Source: Alphaproteobacteria bacterium
Lineage (GTDB): Bacteria; Pseudomonadota; Alphaproteobacteria; UBA828
Assembly: GCA_963422645.2 (NCBI GenBank)
Contig: CAXXVO010000008.1
Span: 416,001 to 480,000 of the forward strand
Direction of reading: 5' to 3'
DNA length: 64,000 nucleotides
Shown here: positions 31,085 through 42,127 of the stretch, piece after piece
Layout of the letters: the number at the start of each line of letters is the position of its first letter
How positions within the stretch are numbered: the first letter of the stretch is position 1
Position numbers and translations under genes: made by a program
The notes under the pieces: generated by a model
Told to the model about the DNA's origin: nothing
The model's database searches: none
What the model saw: only the letters and a program-made list of their open reading frames with translations

Positions 31085-33856
31085 ATGAGCATGACCGACG
31101 CCGGCAGCACCAACGCCGGGCCCGCGGCGCAGCCGAGCCCGACCGGACTGAAGTCGGGGCTGATCGCCTACTTCGCCGGCAATCGCGTTGCCGCCAACCT
31201 GCTGATGGTTCTTCTGATCGTCGGTGGTGTGCTTTCGGGGCTCCAACTCATCGTCCAGTACTATCCGGATATCGAAGCGCGGCGGGCCGCCGTTTCGGTG
31301 CTCTATCCGGGCGCCTCGCCCCAGGAGGTCGAGGAGGACATCAACCGCCGCATCGAGGAGGCCGTCGTCGGGTTGCCGGGCGTCGAGCGCGTGGTATCGA
31401 CCGCGAGCCAGGGCATCGGCAAGGTCACGGCAGAGATGGCGACCTTCGCGGATGTCGACGCCGTCTTCAACGATATTCAGAGTGCGATCGACAGCATCGA
31501 GAACTTCCCGCCGGTCAGGGCGGAACAGCCGGACGTCGAACTTCTCAAGGTCTCCCACGAAGTCATGACGCTGGCGGTCGTGTCCTCCAGTCTGTCCGAG
31601 GACGGACTGCGCCTCGCGGCGGAAGGCCTGCGCGACAGGGTATTGGCGCTGCCCTCCGTCTCCCAGGTAGGGCTGAAAGGCACCCGGGACCGCGAGATCG
31701 CGATAGAGCTCAGCGAAGAGGAGCTGCGCCGCCACGGCCTTTCCATCGGCGAAGTGTCCAGAAAGGTGAGGCGAGCGTCCCTCAACCTCACCATGGGCGA
31801 GATACGGACGGACACCGGCAGCGTGATCCTGCAAACCGTCGCCAAGAGGAGCGTCGGCCAGGATTTCGAGGACATTCCGCTCATCACTCAGACCGACGGC
31901 ACGATCGTGAAGCTCGGCGAGGTCGCCACGATTCGCGACGGCTTTGTCGACGAGGACGTGGTCACCGAGGTTAACGGCCATCCGGCGGTGCTCGTTCGCG
32001 TCGATGCGACCGATCAGCAGTCCGTCGTCGAGATGGCCGAGGACATCAGGAATCTGCTCGCGGTCTACAGCCCGCCCGAAGGCGCGAGCGTCACTATCTG
32101 GAACGACAATGCCAGTCCCATATTCGACCGGCTGCTGGAGATCGTGAAGAACGGGGCGATCGGTACGATCCTGGTGTTCATCAGCCTCGTTCTCGTCTTC
32201 GAGCTCCGCATCGCGTTGTGGATGACCGTCGGCATCCCCCTGTCATTCGTGGGCTCGCTGCTCTTCTTCGATGCTGCGGACCTCACCCTCAATCTCGGCA
32301 CGATCTTCGGCTTCTTCCTCCTGGTGGGCATCGTCGTCGACGATTCCGTCGTGGTGGGAGAAAGCATCGCGTCGGAACGAGAAAAGGGGAAAGGTGCGCT
32401 CGATGCGGCGATATCGGGCGCGCGGGCCATGGTGGGCCCCCTCACCATCGGCGCCATTACGACGATTCTGGCCTTCCTGCCCTTCCTCTTCGTCACATCG
32501 CCCGCGTTCCAGATCGTGAACGTGTTCCCCTACGTCGCGATCTTCGTCCTGCTCGTCTCCCTCGTCGCGGCGTTCTTCATTCTCCCGGCGCATCTCTCGC
32601 ATGGGAGGCGCTGGAGCCTCTCGCCGCTGAGCGACGTGCAGAGCCAGGTCGGTGGATGGCTGGACGAGGTGCGCGACAGGGTCGTGGCGCCTGCGGCCTC
32701 ATGGGCCGTGCGCAACGTCGGGCTGTCGATCGTCGGTGGAATCCTGGTTCTGGTCGCCGCCCTCCTGCTCATCGGCTCCGATTCAGTACGGATCGTCCTC
32801 TTCGACCAGAACCTGAGCAGCAGCGACAGCGTGCAGGCGGACATCTATCTGCCGGTCGGCGCGCCCTTCGAGGAGACGCTGGCCGCAGCCGATCGCTTCG
32901 TCGAGGCAGCGCATACCATCGACGACCGGCTCGAGGAGACCTCCGTCGACGCAGTGAGCATGATCGTCGGCAACATCGAGACGGGCCGGAAGATCAAAGA
33001 GAAGCTGAACAGCAGCCATCTCGCCTCCGTGCGCCTGCATCTCAGCGATCAGGCCGATCGCAGCGCGAGCCCGGCCCAAGTCGAGCGCGCGTGGCGCGAG
33101 GCCGTCGGGCCATTGGTGAACCTGGACAAGGTCGAATTCCGCTCCAGGCGGGTCGATGTGAGGCCAAGCGTTTCCTATTCGCTCAAGCACGACGACATGG
33201 AGACGTTGAGAAGCGCCGCCGAGTTGAGGGCGGGGATGGCGACCGTGCCGGGGATCTACGGCATCCATGACGACCTGGCACTGGGGAAACGCCACTTCGA
33301 GATCGAGCTGACCCCGGCAGGGAAGGCCGCAGGGCTGACTCCGGCACTGATCGGAAAGCAGCTGCGCTCGAGCTTCCACGGCGCGGATGTCCAGCGCATC
33401 CAGCGGGGCCGCGAAGAAATCAACGTGGTGGTCAGGTACCCGGCCGAGCGGCGGAGCAGTCTGAGCGAGCTGGCCAGCGAACGTATCCATCGGCCGGGCG
33501 GCGGCGAAATCCCGCTCTCGCTGGTCGCGTCGATCACCGAGAAGCGCGAGCCGGCGACGCTGACGCGGATCGACGGCAAGCGGGCTGCGCGCGTCAACGC
33601 GCGGGCGGACACCGCGTTGATCACGCCCATTCAGGCGCGGCGGGAGGTTCGCGACCAAGTCGTTTCCAGCCTTCTGGCGAAGTATCCCGGTCTCGCCATC
33701 GAGGTCGAAGCCGGCGCTCGGGACGAGGGCGACATGCTCGAGACGCTGGCGCTTCCCCGCGAGCGTATCGACGACGTTGGTCGCGCCCATCAGCTCTTCC
33801 GCGTAGGCCCGGCGGGGGTCCTCGGCCGTGCCTGCGACGGTGGCATATTCGCCTGA
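31085..33856 (+). pseudogene. RND efflux permease (AcrB family), C-terminally truncated
   Basis: NRVAANLLM, PGASPQEVEE and GIVVDDSVVVGE motifs. Similarity stops near 33752, where the second TM bundle should begin. Confidence 0.8.
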
Positions 33857-34104
33857 GGGCAGCACCGGCTCGGTCAACTCGTAACGCCGCAATGCCCAGA
33901 ACTGTCAATCGGCTTTCAATACTGACCCCCGATCGGCGTGCAAAATTGACCCCCCTGAGTGGCACGGCGGAGGTTGTCCCGGTAGCCAATAGGGGGGACC
34001 CGCGCGGCTTCGTGTGGCGCCCTGCGCTACGCGGAGCGAAGCCGCGTGGGGGGTCCCTGTTGGCCCACCGGGGCAACCGGGCCGCAAGGGAGGCCGGCGG
34101 CGGG

Positions 34105-34833
34105 TCAGGAGCGGTTCTTGAAGCGCCAGCTCTCGTTGCCGGTCTCGATGATCTCGCAATGATGGGTGAGGCGATCGAGCAGCGCTGTGGTCATCTTGGG
34201 GTCGCCGAAGACGGATGGCCATTCGCCGAAGGCGAGGTTTGTGGTGATGACGATCGAGGTGCGCTCGTAGAGCCGGCTCATCAGATGGAAGAGCAGCTGC
34301 CCACCGGCCTGGGCGAAGGGCAGGTAGCCGAGCTCGTCGAGGATGACGAAGTCGCGGCGGACGAGCTGGTCTGCAGTGCGGCCCTGGCGTCCGGCGCGAA
34401 GCTCGGCCTCGAGGAGGTTGACCAGGTCGACGACGTTGTAGCACCGGCCGCGCGCGCCCTTGCGGATGCAGGACCGCGCGATGGCGACGGCGAGATGGGT
34501 CTTGCCGGTACCGGTGCCGCCGACCAGCACGATGTTGCGTTTGCCCTCGAGGAAGCCGCCGCCGGCGAGCTCCTGGATCAGGGGCTCGTTGACCGGCGAG
34601 GCGGCGAAGTCGAAGTCGGCCAGCTCCTTGACCGTCGGCAGCTTGGCGGAGGCCATCTGGTACTTGATCGAGCGGGCCCTCTTGTCGGCGATCTCGACCT
34701 GCAGCAGCGTACCGATGATCTGTTGCACCGGATGGCGGCGCTTGAGCCCGTCGGCAAGGATGTCGTCGTAAGCGGCGCGCATACCTGCGAGCTTCAGCTG
34801 GGTCATCATCTCCAGCACATCATGACGCTCCAT
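34105..34833 (-). CDS. istB: IS21 helper ATPase IstB
   Basis: [25 protein letters not shown] and LLDRLTHH motifs. Confidence 0.95.
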   Translation of the reverse strand: MERHDVLEMMTQLKLAGMRAAYDDILADGLKRRHPVQQIIGTLLQVEIADKRARSIKYQMASAKLPTVKELADFDFAASPVNEPLIQELAGGGFLEGKRNIVLVGGTGTGKTHLAVAIARSCIRKGARGRCYNVVDLVNLLEAELRAGRQGRTADQLVRRDFVILDELGYLPFAQAGGQLLFHLMSRLYERTSIVITTNLAFGEWPSVFGDPKMTTALLDRLTHHCEIIETGNESWRFKNRS

Positions 34834-36334
34834 GACCGGCCTCCCTCAGGCTGTCGTAGCGCTGACAGTCGGCTACCGGCTTGTGGCGAAGCTGCAGGCC
34901 CTCGGGCGTCGGGATGATTGCCGGCGGTGCCGGCTGGCGCTGCCGGGCGAGGATGTTGAGCACCACGTCGGCGCTGCAGGCACCGCAGTCGAGCGTCTCG
35001 GCACAGGCCGCCTCAACCGCCTCCAGTCCGTCCTCCAGCACCGCCGCGAGCACCTTGACGAACTGCCGGTCGCCGTCGTCGTGGCCCGCGAGCCGGGTTC
35101 GCAGGCGGCCGAGCGCGTTGGGCAACTGCCAGTCCTTGAAGGGCGCGCCATTGCGTAGCGCGCCGGGCTTCCGCGTCAGGATCGGCACGTAATGCCACGG
35201 ATCGTAGACGAACCGGCCGCGCCCGAAGCTGCGGGGGTGCTCGGCAACGGTCTCGCCGTCCTGGCGGATGACGATCCGATCGGCATAGGCCCGCACGTCC
35301 ACCGGCCGGCCGACGGCGCGGGCCGCGACGCTGTACTGGTTGTTGTCGAAGCGCACCAGACAGGTCTTCGAGACCGACACCTCGCTGGCATGGAAGCCGT
35401 CGAAGGGGCCGCGATACGCCATCAGGAAGGGCTGCTCCTCCTCGAACACCTGCCACACCGTCTTGCCCGGGATTGTCGGATGCGGATGCTTCTTGGCGTC
35501 CTCGATGCACCGATCCATCAGCCACTCGTTGATCTCGGCGTAGGAGCGGCCCCGCGGGATGGGCACGAACAGGCGGCCGCGAAGGTCACCCACCTGCTTC
35601 TCGACCTGCCCCTTCTCCCAGCCAGCCCCTGGCGTGCACGCCACAGGCTCCACCAGATGGTGCGAGCACAGCTCCTGGAAGCGGCGGTTGTAGTCCCGCT
35701 TCTTGCCCACGAAGATCGTGCTCACCGCCGTCTTCATGTTGTCGTAGATGCCCCGCCGGCAGACCCCGCCGAAGAAGCGGAAGGCACGCTCGTGCGCCTC
35801 GAAGACCATCTCCTGGCTCTCGCGGGGAAAGATCTGGACCAGATACATCCGGCTGTGGCACAGCCGCATGTGCGCCGCCTTCACCCTGGTCGTCGCGCCC
35901 GACAGACGCGCGTACTCGTGGCTCCAGTCGAACTGGTAGGCCTCGCCGGGATCGAAGATCAGCGGCACATAGGCCTGCGCCGGCGACAACAGCCGCCACC
36001 GGCGCCGCCAGGCCCTGGCATAGCGGCGAACCGCGTCATAGCCGCCCTTGTAGCCCAGCGACACAAGGTCTTCATGAATCCGCAGAAGAGACAGCCGATC
36101 CTTGCGTGCCTTCTTCTCGTTGGCCTTCAGCTGGCGCTCAAGCTCCTCCACCCACAGCCCAAGCTTCGGCATCGGCTGGATCTTGCGCTCGTAGCTGTGC
36201 GAGGTCGCATCGCCCCGCACCACCTTGCGTATCGTGTTCTTGGAAACCCTCAAATCCCGGGCGAGCTTCTTGATCGGAACGCCCTTCACCAGATGATCCC
36301 GACGGATCTTCGCGATCGTTTCCACAACCAGCAT
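34820..36334 (-). CDS. istA: IS21 transposase IstA
   Basis: N-terminal [20 protein letters not shown] and WEKGQVE motifs. Confidence 0.95.
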   Translation of the reverse strand: MLVVETIAKIRRDHLVKGVPIKKLARDLRVSKNTIRKVVRGDATSHSYERKIQPMPKLGLWVEELERQLKANEKKARKDRLSLLRIHEDLVSLGYKGGYDAVRRYARAWRRRWRLLSPAQAYVPLIFDPGEAYQFDWSHEYARLSGATTRVKAAHMRLCHSRMYLVQIFPRESQEMVFEAHERAFRFFGGVCRRGIYDNMKTAVSTIFVGKKRDYNRRFQELCSHHLVEPVACTPGAGWEKGQVEKQVGDLRGRLFVPIPRGRSYAEINEWLMDRCIEDAKKHPHPTIPGKTVWQVFEEEQPFLMAYRGPFDGFHASEVSVSKTCLVRFDNNQYSVAARAVGRPVDVRAYADRIVIRQDGETVAEHPRSFGRGRFVYDPWHYVPILTRKPGALRNGAPFKDWQLPNALGRLRTRLAGHDDGDRQFVKVLAAVLEDGLEAVEAACAETLDCGACSADVVLNILARQRQPAPPAIIPTPEGLQLRHKPVADCQRYDSLREAGHGAS

Positions 36335-36453
36335 CTCCCCCACCACCCCGTCCGTCCAAACGACGAGGTGTGTTCATGGACACAAATCCAAGGGGGTCAA
36401 TTTTGGACGCCGATCACCCCCAATAGGGGGTCACTTTTCCACGCTTAACAACA

Positions 36454-36518
36454 ACCAGGCCGCGGCCGCCGCCATAATCACCGTCCTCAACTCAGGATTG
36501 GGGTACCTGGGTAGTTAC
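36454..36518 (-). mobile_element. 65-bp remnant end of the methyltransferase-carrying IS66
   Basis: Identical to 54816-54880 and ends in GGGGTACCTGGGTAGTTAC. Confidence 0.85.
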
Positions 36519-36521
36519 ATT

Positions 36522-38409
36522 GTAACTGCCCAGGTTCTTGCTGTGAAAATTCTCTGGGATTCGGCACAACGCTACCCACGCGACGCCCGTGTGCTCCTCT
36601 GTGGTCGCCGGGTTTCACAGCTCACGATGCCCCTCTTGCGGACTGCGACCGGTAAGCTACCCCGATGTGGCCCGAAGTCCGCCCGCGCGACGGGCACCGA
36701 TTTTCATTCTATGGGGTGGTCCAGCACGGCGTCGACCATGATCGTTTATGAGAATGGCTCCGCTGTTGGAGAACCCGTGCCAGGTGAGCTTACGCGCACT
36801 TGACGGTGGCGATGAGCCGATCCGATGGGCTGGTCAGGGCTTCGATGATATTCCAGCCCTGCTTTCTGGCGGTGGTGATGACGCTGCGCAGGATGGCGAA
36901 GTTCTCGGCCCCCTGCGCGGACCGGAAGCCCCCGGAGATCTTCTGGCGCAGCTTCATCATCCGAAGGTCGCGCTCGGCCTCGTTGTTCGTGAACCCGACC
37001 TCGAGGTCGATCAGGAACCGGAGCACCGCGCATTTGTGGTCGCGCAGCCTCAAGGCCAGATTGTGACCGATCCTTCGCTTCCGGCGCTTCTTCCTCTTGC
37101 CAGGCGAGAACGGTGGTTGGCTCTCGTGAAAGGCCAGCGCATCGGCGATGATCTCGTCGTATCGGCGCTCGATCAGCGCCACAAGCCTCGCCGGAACGGC
37201 GATATCCTTGTCCAGCGCGATGCGGGCGGCGCGATTGGCTCGGCGCAGGAGCTGCTGCATCCGCCGGGCCCAAGCCTCCCCTTCGATGTCCACCAGCGCC
37301 TGCAACTCCCGCAGGTGATGGGCGTTGCACAGGCCGTGCTCCACCCCTTCCATCGCGAAGTACGGCTTCCAGTGATCGTGCACGACGATGCCGGAGACAC
37401 CCGAGAGCAGGGCGCCGCGCTTGCCGCTGACCCGGTACGCCGCCAGCAGCGGCGTGCAGATCACATGAAGCCACTGCGTCTGACCGCCGATCCGCAAGCC
37501 GGTCTCGTCCATGTGTTTCACCCGCGCCGTGCCCGCCGCCAGGTCCTGTATGTGCAAGGCCGCGTCCCGCAGCCGCTCGGCCGCCCTCTCGCTCATCGTC
37601 GCCAACGTCGCAGCCGTCACCGGCGCGCCGAAGAGCTCGGCCATCACCTGCGACAGCCGATCCTCCGGCAGGAAGTGAGCGTGCTGAAGGTAGACCGCCA
37701 CCCCGGCAATGCGCGGGCCGTACTGCACCGGCGCCGACACCCCGTCGGGGAACGCCGCCCGGGTCACCGTCCCGCAATGCCCGCAGCACTTGGCATGCGC
37801 CCGGTGCTCGGTCACCTCCAGGGGGCTCGGCTCGGGCAGATCGAACACCTGGCGGGCGACGGGCGTTCCCGCCCTGGCCGCGTCCGAAAGCGGCGAACCG
37901 CATCCCTTGCAGGAAGCCGGGACGTGATCCTTCACCCGATCCGGGTGATCGGCGCGGCGCAGCGTCTTGCCCTTGTGGCCGGGCTGGCCACCGGGCTTGC
38001 GGCCCGATTTGCCGCGCAGGCTTCGGGTTCGCCGCTTCGAATTCGGCTTCCTCAGCCCATCGCTCGAAGGCGGCTTGCCGCTGTTGCCGCTGTTGAGGCC
38101 GAGACGGCGCTCCAACTCCTCGATGCGCTCGACGAGACGCGCGACTTGCTCTTCCAGCCGCGCGTTCTGCTGCCGAAGCCAGGCATTTTCCTCCCGAAGC
38201 CGGGCGTTCTCCTCCTCCAGGCGGGCGATCTTCTGCGCGGGCGTTTCGGGCGCTGCTCCCGTCGAAGGGCCGCGCGGCGACTCGGGATTGCTCATGTCGT
38301 TGTTGAGTCATTTCCCGAAATTCCCGTCAAGCCCTTTCCACCAACTCCGAACGAGAAACGCCTCAATCCACTGGCCCAAAATGACAAATCAGACGACCTG
38401 GGCAGTTAC
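36522..38409 (-). mobile_element. IS66-family element copy 2 (inverted relative to copy 1), 1888 bp
   Basis: Same ends and length as copy 1. Flanks GTTACATT and TCTATATT do not match, so there is no TSD. Confidence 0.95.
36790..38295 (-). CDS. tnpC: IS66 transposase TnpC
   Basis: 501 aa; the only difference I saw from copy 1 is NSGNSGK versus NSGNSVK. Confidence 0.95.
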   Translation of the reverse strand: MSNPESPRGPSTGAAPETPAQKIARLEEENARLREENAWLRQQNARLEEQVARLVERIEELERRLGLNSGNSGKPPSSDGLRKPNSKRRTRSLRGKSGRKPGGQPGHKGKTLRRADHPDRVKDHVPASCKGCGSPLSDAARAGTPVARQVFDLPEPSPLEVTEHRAHAKCCGHCGTVTRAAFPDGVSAPVQYGPRIAGVAVYLQHAHFLPEDRLSQVMAELFGAPVTAATLATMSERAAERLRDAALHIQDLAAGTARVKHMDETGLRIGGQTQWLHVICTPLLAAYRVSGKRGALLSGVSGIVVHDHWKPYFAMEGVEHGLCNAHHLRELQALVDIEGEAWARRMQQLLRRANRAARIALDKDIAVPARLVALIERRYDEIIADALAFHESQPPFSPGKRKKRRKRRIGHNLALRLRDHKCAVLRFLIDLEVGFTNNEAERDLRMMKLRQKISGGFRSAQGAENFAILRSVITTARKQGWNIIEALTSPSDRLIATVKCA

Positions 38410-38593
38410 TCTATATTTATTTGGCATCTTTTGAGTGGCCCGACCAATTCGGATATGATTACGAGTGGTTAGACCAATAGACTCCATACAAGAAAATCAA
38501 TATAGCACCATATCATTTCAACTATGTTACGGCCTAACAAAAACGGGGATCAAATCACAATATTTCGTGGTAACGCCGATCGCCAGATAACCT

Positions 38594-41106
38594 CAGACTT
38601 CCTGACCTCGTGATGCTGGCTGTTCTGGGCAGCGTGCCGGGAACTCCTTGAATTCTGATACATTTCGGTTGTTTCAGGCGGTTTTTCGCTGGGTGTCGCG
38701 CCCGAGGTCTGATAGTATAATTTGATACCAATTGCACGGTCTCAACCATGCCCAGTACCCTCCCAATGTGCCCTCCAGAGGCGGTCTCGATCGGCAACAG
38801 CTGCTTCGCCGTCCTGATCTCGGACGACACCTTCACCTACTTTTCCAACCTCATTCCCTTTGACAGCCACGCCGCCGATGACCGCACGGCCATGCTCTTG
38901 CGGATCGGCCGCCTCGCGGCGATCAGCGCGGTCTCGCCGCAGGAACTGGCTGACGCTTTCGCTGTCTCGCGCGCGACGGTGCAGCGCGCACGACGGCGCT
39001 ACCTGGCCGAGGGCGAAGCGGGGTTCATGAAGCCCCGGCGCGGTCGCGGGCCGTCGGTGTTCACTCCGGAGTTGGCGGAGAAGGCGACGGCGTTGCTGGC
39101 ATCGGGCCTGAGCGGCTCTGCGGCGGCCCGGGTTCTCGGCGTGTCAGCGCCATCGGTCAACAAGTGGCGCCGTCAGGGACTGATCGGCAACACGGAGGCG
39201 GATGGGGAGCCCGGACGCTCAGCGCTGGCTGCGCCGCCTGACGCGGGTGCGGCTCCTGAAGGCCGTGTCGATGAAGAGAGTACCGGTGCCCCGGGGCCGG
39301 AGACGGCGCCGGGGCTGGAAGCGCAGCCGCAAACGGATCGCAGCGCGCGCGATCGGCGGGACCGGCAGGCGCCGATGGGGCGTGCGACTTGCGATGTTCC
39401 GGCTCGGGTTCTGGCCAGTTGTGGACAGGCGGGGCCGGTCGAACCGCAGTTCGCCGCCGCCGCCCGCGGTGTCCGCTTCGGCGGCGTGCTCGCCGCCCTG
39501 CCGGCCCTGCTGAAGGAAGGTCTTCTCTCCGAGACCGGTCTCCTGCCATTGCTGCCGAAGGGCTATTACGGCTTGCCTACGATCCTGCTCTTCCTGGCCT
39601 TCATGACCTTGGCGCGGGTGCGCAACCCCGAGAGCCTGCGCTACCAGGCGCCGGGCGAATGGGGCGCCATTCTCGGCCTCGATCGCTGCCCCGAGGTCAA
39701 GACGCTGCGCCGCAAGATCGCTCTCATCGCCGACGACGAGGCCGGCGTGCGGGCGTGGCAGCTCGCCCTTGCCAGGCGCTGGCAAGCGCCGACGAGCCGG
39801 AGCTCTGGGCGACGCTGGCCATCGACGGGCACGTCAAGGTCTACTCCGGCCGCAAGGGGCGCTTGCCCAAGCACTTCGTCTCGCGCGAGAAGCTGTGCCT
39901 GCCGGCGAGCGCCAGCTACTGGATCAACGCTCTGGGCGGCAAGCCGCTGCTCTGTCTGCACAAGCCGCTGGACCCGAAGATGGTCGCGGCCATCGAAGCC
40001 GACGTGGTGCCGGCGCTGCAGGAGCTTGGGATCGTTGGCGCCGGGGCGCCGGACCTGACCGCCGAGCATCCCGGCCAGCCGGCGCTCACCCTGGTCTTCG
40101 ACCGCGAGGGCTGGAGCCCGGATCTGTTCCGCCGGCTGGCGAGGCGCGGCGTCGCCTGCCTGACCTGGCACAAGAACTTCAGGGGCGAGGACTGGCCGGC
40201 CGAGGACTTCGGCGCGATGACCGTTCCCATTCACGGACCGGCGGCGGACGGCAGCGCCACCATGCGGCTGGCTGAGAAGCCGGTGACGTTGCCGAACGGC
40301 TTCAGGGTGCGCCAGATCCGCCGCCTGCTCGACAACGGCCGTCAGGTGCCGCTGATCACCACCGATCCGCACAAGCCGATGGCTGAGGTTGCGGGCGCCA
40401 TGTTCTCGCGCTGGTCGCAGGAGAACTTCTTCAAGTACATGCGTGACGAGTTCAATCTCGACGCCCTGCCGACCCACGAGCTCGAGCCTCTCGATCCCGC
40501 CGCCATGGTCGTCAACCCGCTGCGGCGGGCCTATGACAAGGCAATCCATCGCCTCGACCGCCAGCTTGGCCGCCTGCGCAACCGCATCGCCGACACGGCC
40601 CGGAAGAAGCAGCCGACGGCGGAACTCAGGAGGGAAGTCAGGGACCTCCAGGATGTCCGCGACATCGTCAGGGCCAGCCGCAGGGAGACGCCCAAGCACT
40701 GCCGGGCCGGCGACCTCGACGAAGCCGAGCAGCTCGATGCCTTGCCCGCGCGCGAGCGCCTCCTCCTCGACGTCATCCGGATGATCGCCTACCGCGCCGA
40801 AACCCGCATGATGCTTCCCGTCATGCAGGCGCAGGGCCACAAGCCCCATCCCCGGAAACTGCTTCAAGCGCTGCTCACCGCCGATGCCGACATCCTGCCG
40901 GATCCTGGCAATGGCCTCCTGCGGGTCCACATTCTTGGCCTCGCAAACGACGCCTGCGACCGTTGGATCGATGCGGTTCTGAGCGACCTGAACGCCACCG
41001 AAACGGTCTTCCCCGGCACCCGTCTGCGCATAGTCTACGACATCGACGGGGCCTCGGAATCCGCGCGGCTCGTGTCACCTAAAATCAGCAGAGGTCAGGA
41101 AGTCTG
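38594..41106 (+). mobile_element. Unclassified IS-like element copy 1, 2513 bp
   Basis: Perfect 16-bp TIR CAGACTTCCTGACCTC; 5-bp TSD AACCT at 38589-38593 and 41107-41111. Confidence 0.9.
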
Positions 41107-41107
41107 A
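38748..41107 (+). CDS. Large HTH + DDE putative transposase, frameshifted near 39787
   Basis: Two HTH-like segments, GLDRCPEVKTLRRK, AIDGH, LVFDREGWS and RWSQENFFKY. The stop codon is formed at the right TIR. Confidence 0.8.
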
Positions 41108-41289
41108 ACCTTAACTCTTTGAGACATTTGGACTGGCCTTTCGTACGACAGGCGCGTCGCTGGGCGCAATGGAGACGCGGCAAAGGGTCGATTACTATGG
41201 GGGGGGGGAGAGCGTGTGAACCTGGAGCGAACCGGTACCATGCGTTGAAGCGACTCGCGGATCGTCACCACACTCGCCGGCAGCCTGGC

Positions 41290-41547
41290 CCGGAACTCGA
41301 ATCGATGATCCTGATCCCCGGCGTGATCGACAACCTGACCAAGCACCTGGATCACCCCGAAGTGGTGGCCGAGCGCATCCGGCGCGCGGTCGAGGCGGCG
41401 GGGGATCGCAGTCGGGTGATCCCGGGCGTGGACTGCGGCTTCGCCCTCTTCACCGACGACGCGATGATGACCGAGAACATATGCTGGGCGACGTTTCGCA
41501 CGCTCCGCGCCGGCGCGAACTTGGCCAGCAGCCGGCTCTGGGGATAG
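41290..41547 (+). pseudogene. C-terminal fragment of a cobalamin-independent methionine synthase II-like protein
   Basis: ILIPGVID..HPEVVAERI..IPGVDCGF..GANLASSRLW matches that family's C-terminus; no N-terminal part is present. Confidence 0.65.
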
Positions 41548-41629
41548 CGGCCGGGCGCGTGGGCGCTCATCATTCGGATGCGCAATCTGAGGAAGTCGAC
41601 TTTCTCTCGCGACGGACAGGAGGATCGAC

Positions 41630-42127
41630 GTGAACGTCATTGTCTTCGGGGCGACTGGGAAAACAGGGCAACACGTGTGGCGGACGGCGCTGCAAGAAGG
41701 CCACGATACGGCAATCGTCGCGTTGGGCAGCAACGGCCTGCGCGACAAGACAACCCTCGCCACTGGGGCGAAGACCGTCGTGGACGGCATGATTTCCCAT
41801 GCCGTCGAGCGTCTTGTCGTCCTTTCCGCAGCAGGCGTGGGAGATAGCTGGGGTCAGGTCTCGTTGCTTGCCCGCGTGCTGTTCGGGACACTGCTTCGCA
41901 ACATTCATGCGGACCACACTGCACAGGAAGCGATCGTGAGAGCCAGCTCCCTCGACTGGACAATCGTGCGCGCCGCCATTCTCAGCGACGACCCCGCTAC
42001 GGGAAAGACCGCCGCTACCAACACGGGAAAGATCTCGCGCATCCGGCGCGCGGACCTCGCGGGCTTCCTAGTCAAGGAAGCGGGCGAGGGGGCCTTCAGC
42101 AGGCAAGCGATATCGGTCACGTCCTAG
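41630..42127 (+). pseudogene. NAD(P)H-binding (flavin reductase-like) protein with an internal in-frame deletion
   Basis: FGATGKTG Rossmann start joins directly at GHD to TAIVALG; 165 aa, shorter than usual; SLDWTIVR motif. Confidence 0.65.

Larger units (their letters stand above)
33903..36453 (-). mobile_element. IS21-family element
   Basis: TGT...ACA ends with repeated TGACCCC boxes at both ends; istA-istB pair; no convincing TSD. Confidence 0.9.

Noticed and set aside
33990-34060. Long hairpin downstream of istB as an ncRNA
   Set aside because: It lies inside the IS21 end region and is adequately explained as an element-internal stem-loop or terminator.
33896-36460. Target duplication for IS21
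   Set aside because: Only AC is shared between the flanks, and the left flank matches the intact IS66-MTase end only over CAGAAC before diverging. This fits an adjacent deletion better than a simple insertion.
39775-39800. Programmed ribosomal frameshift in the unclassified transposase
   Set aside because: There is no slippery A-run or heptamer, and the two copies would need shifts of different phase.
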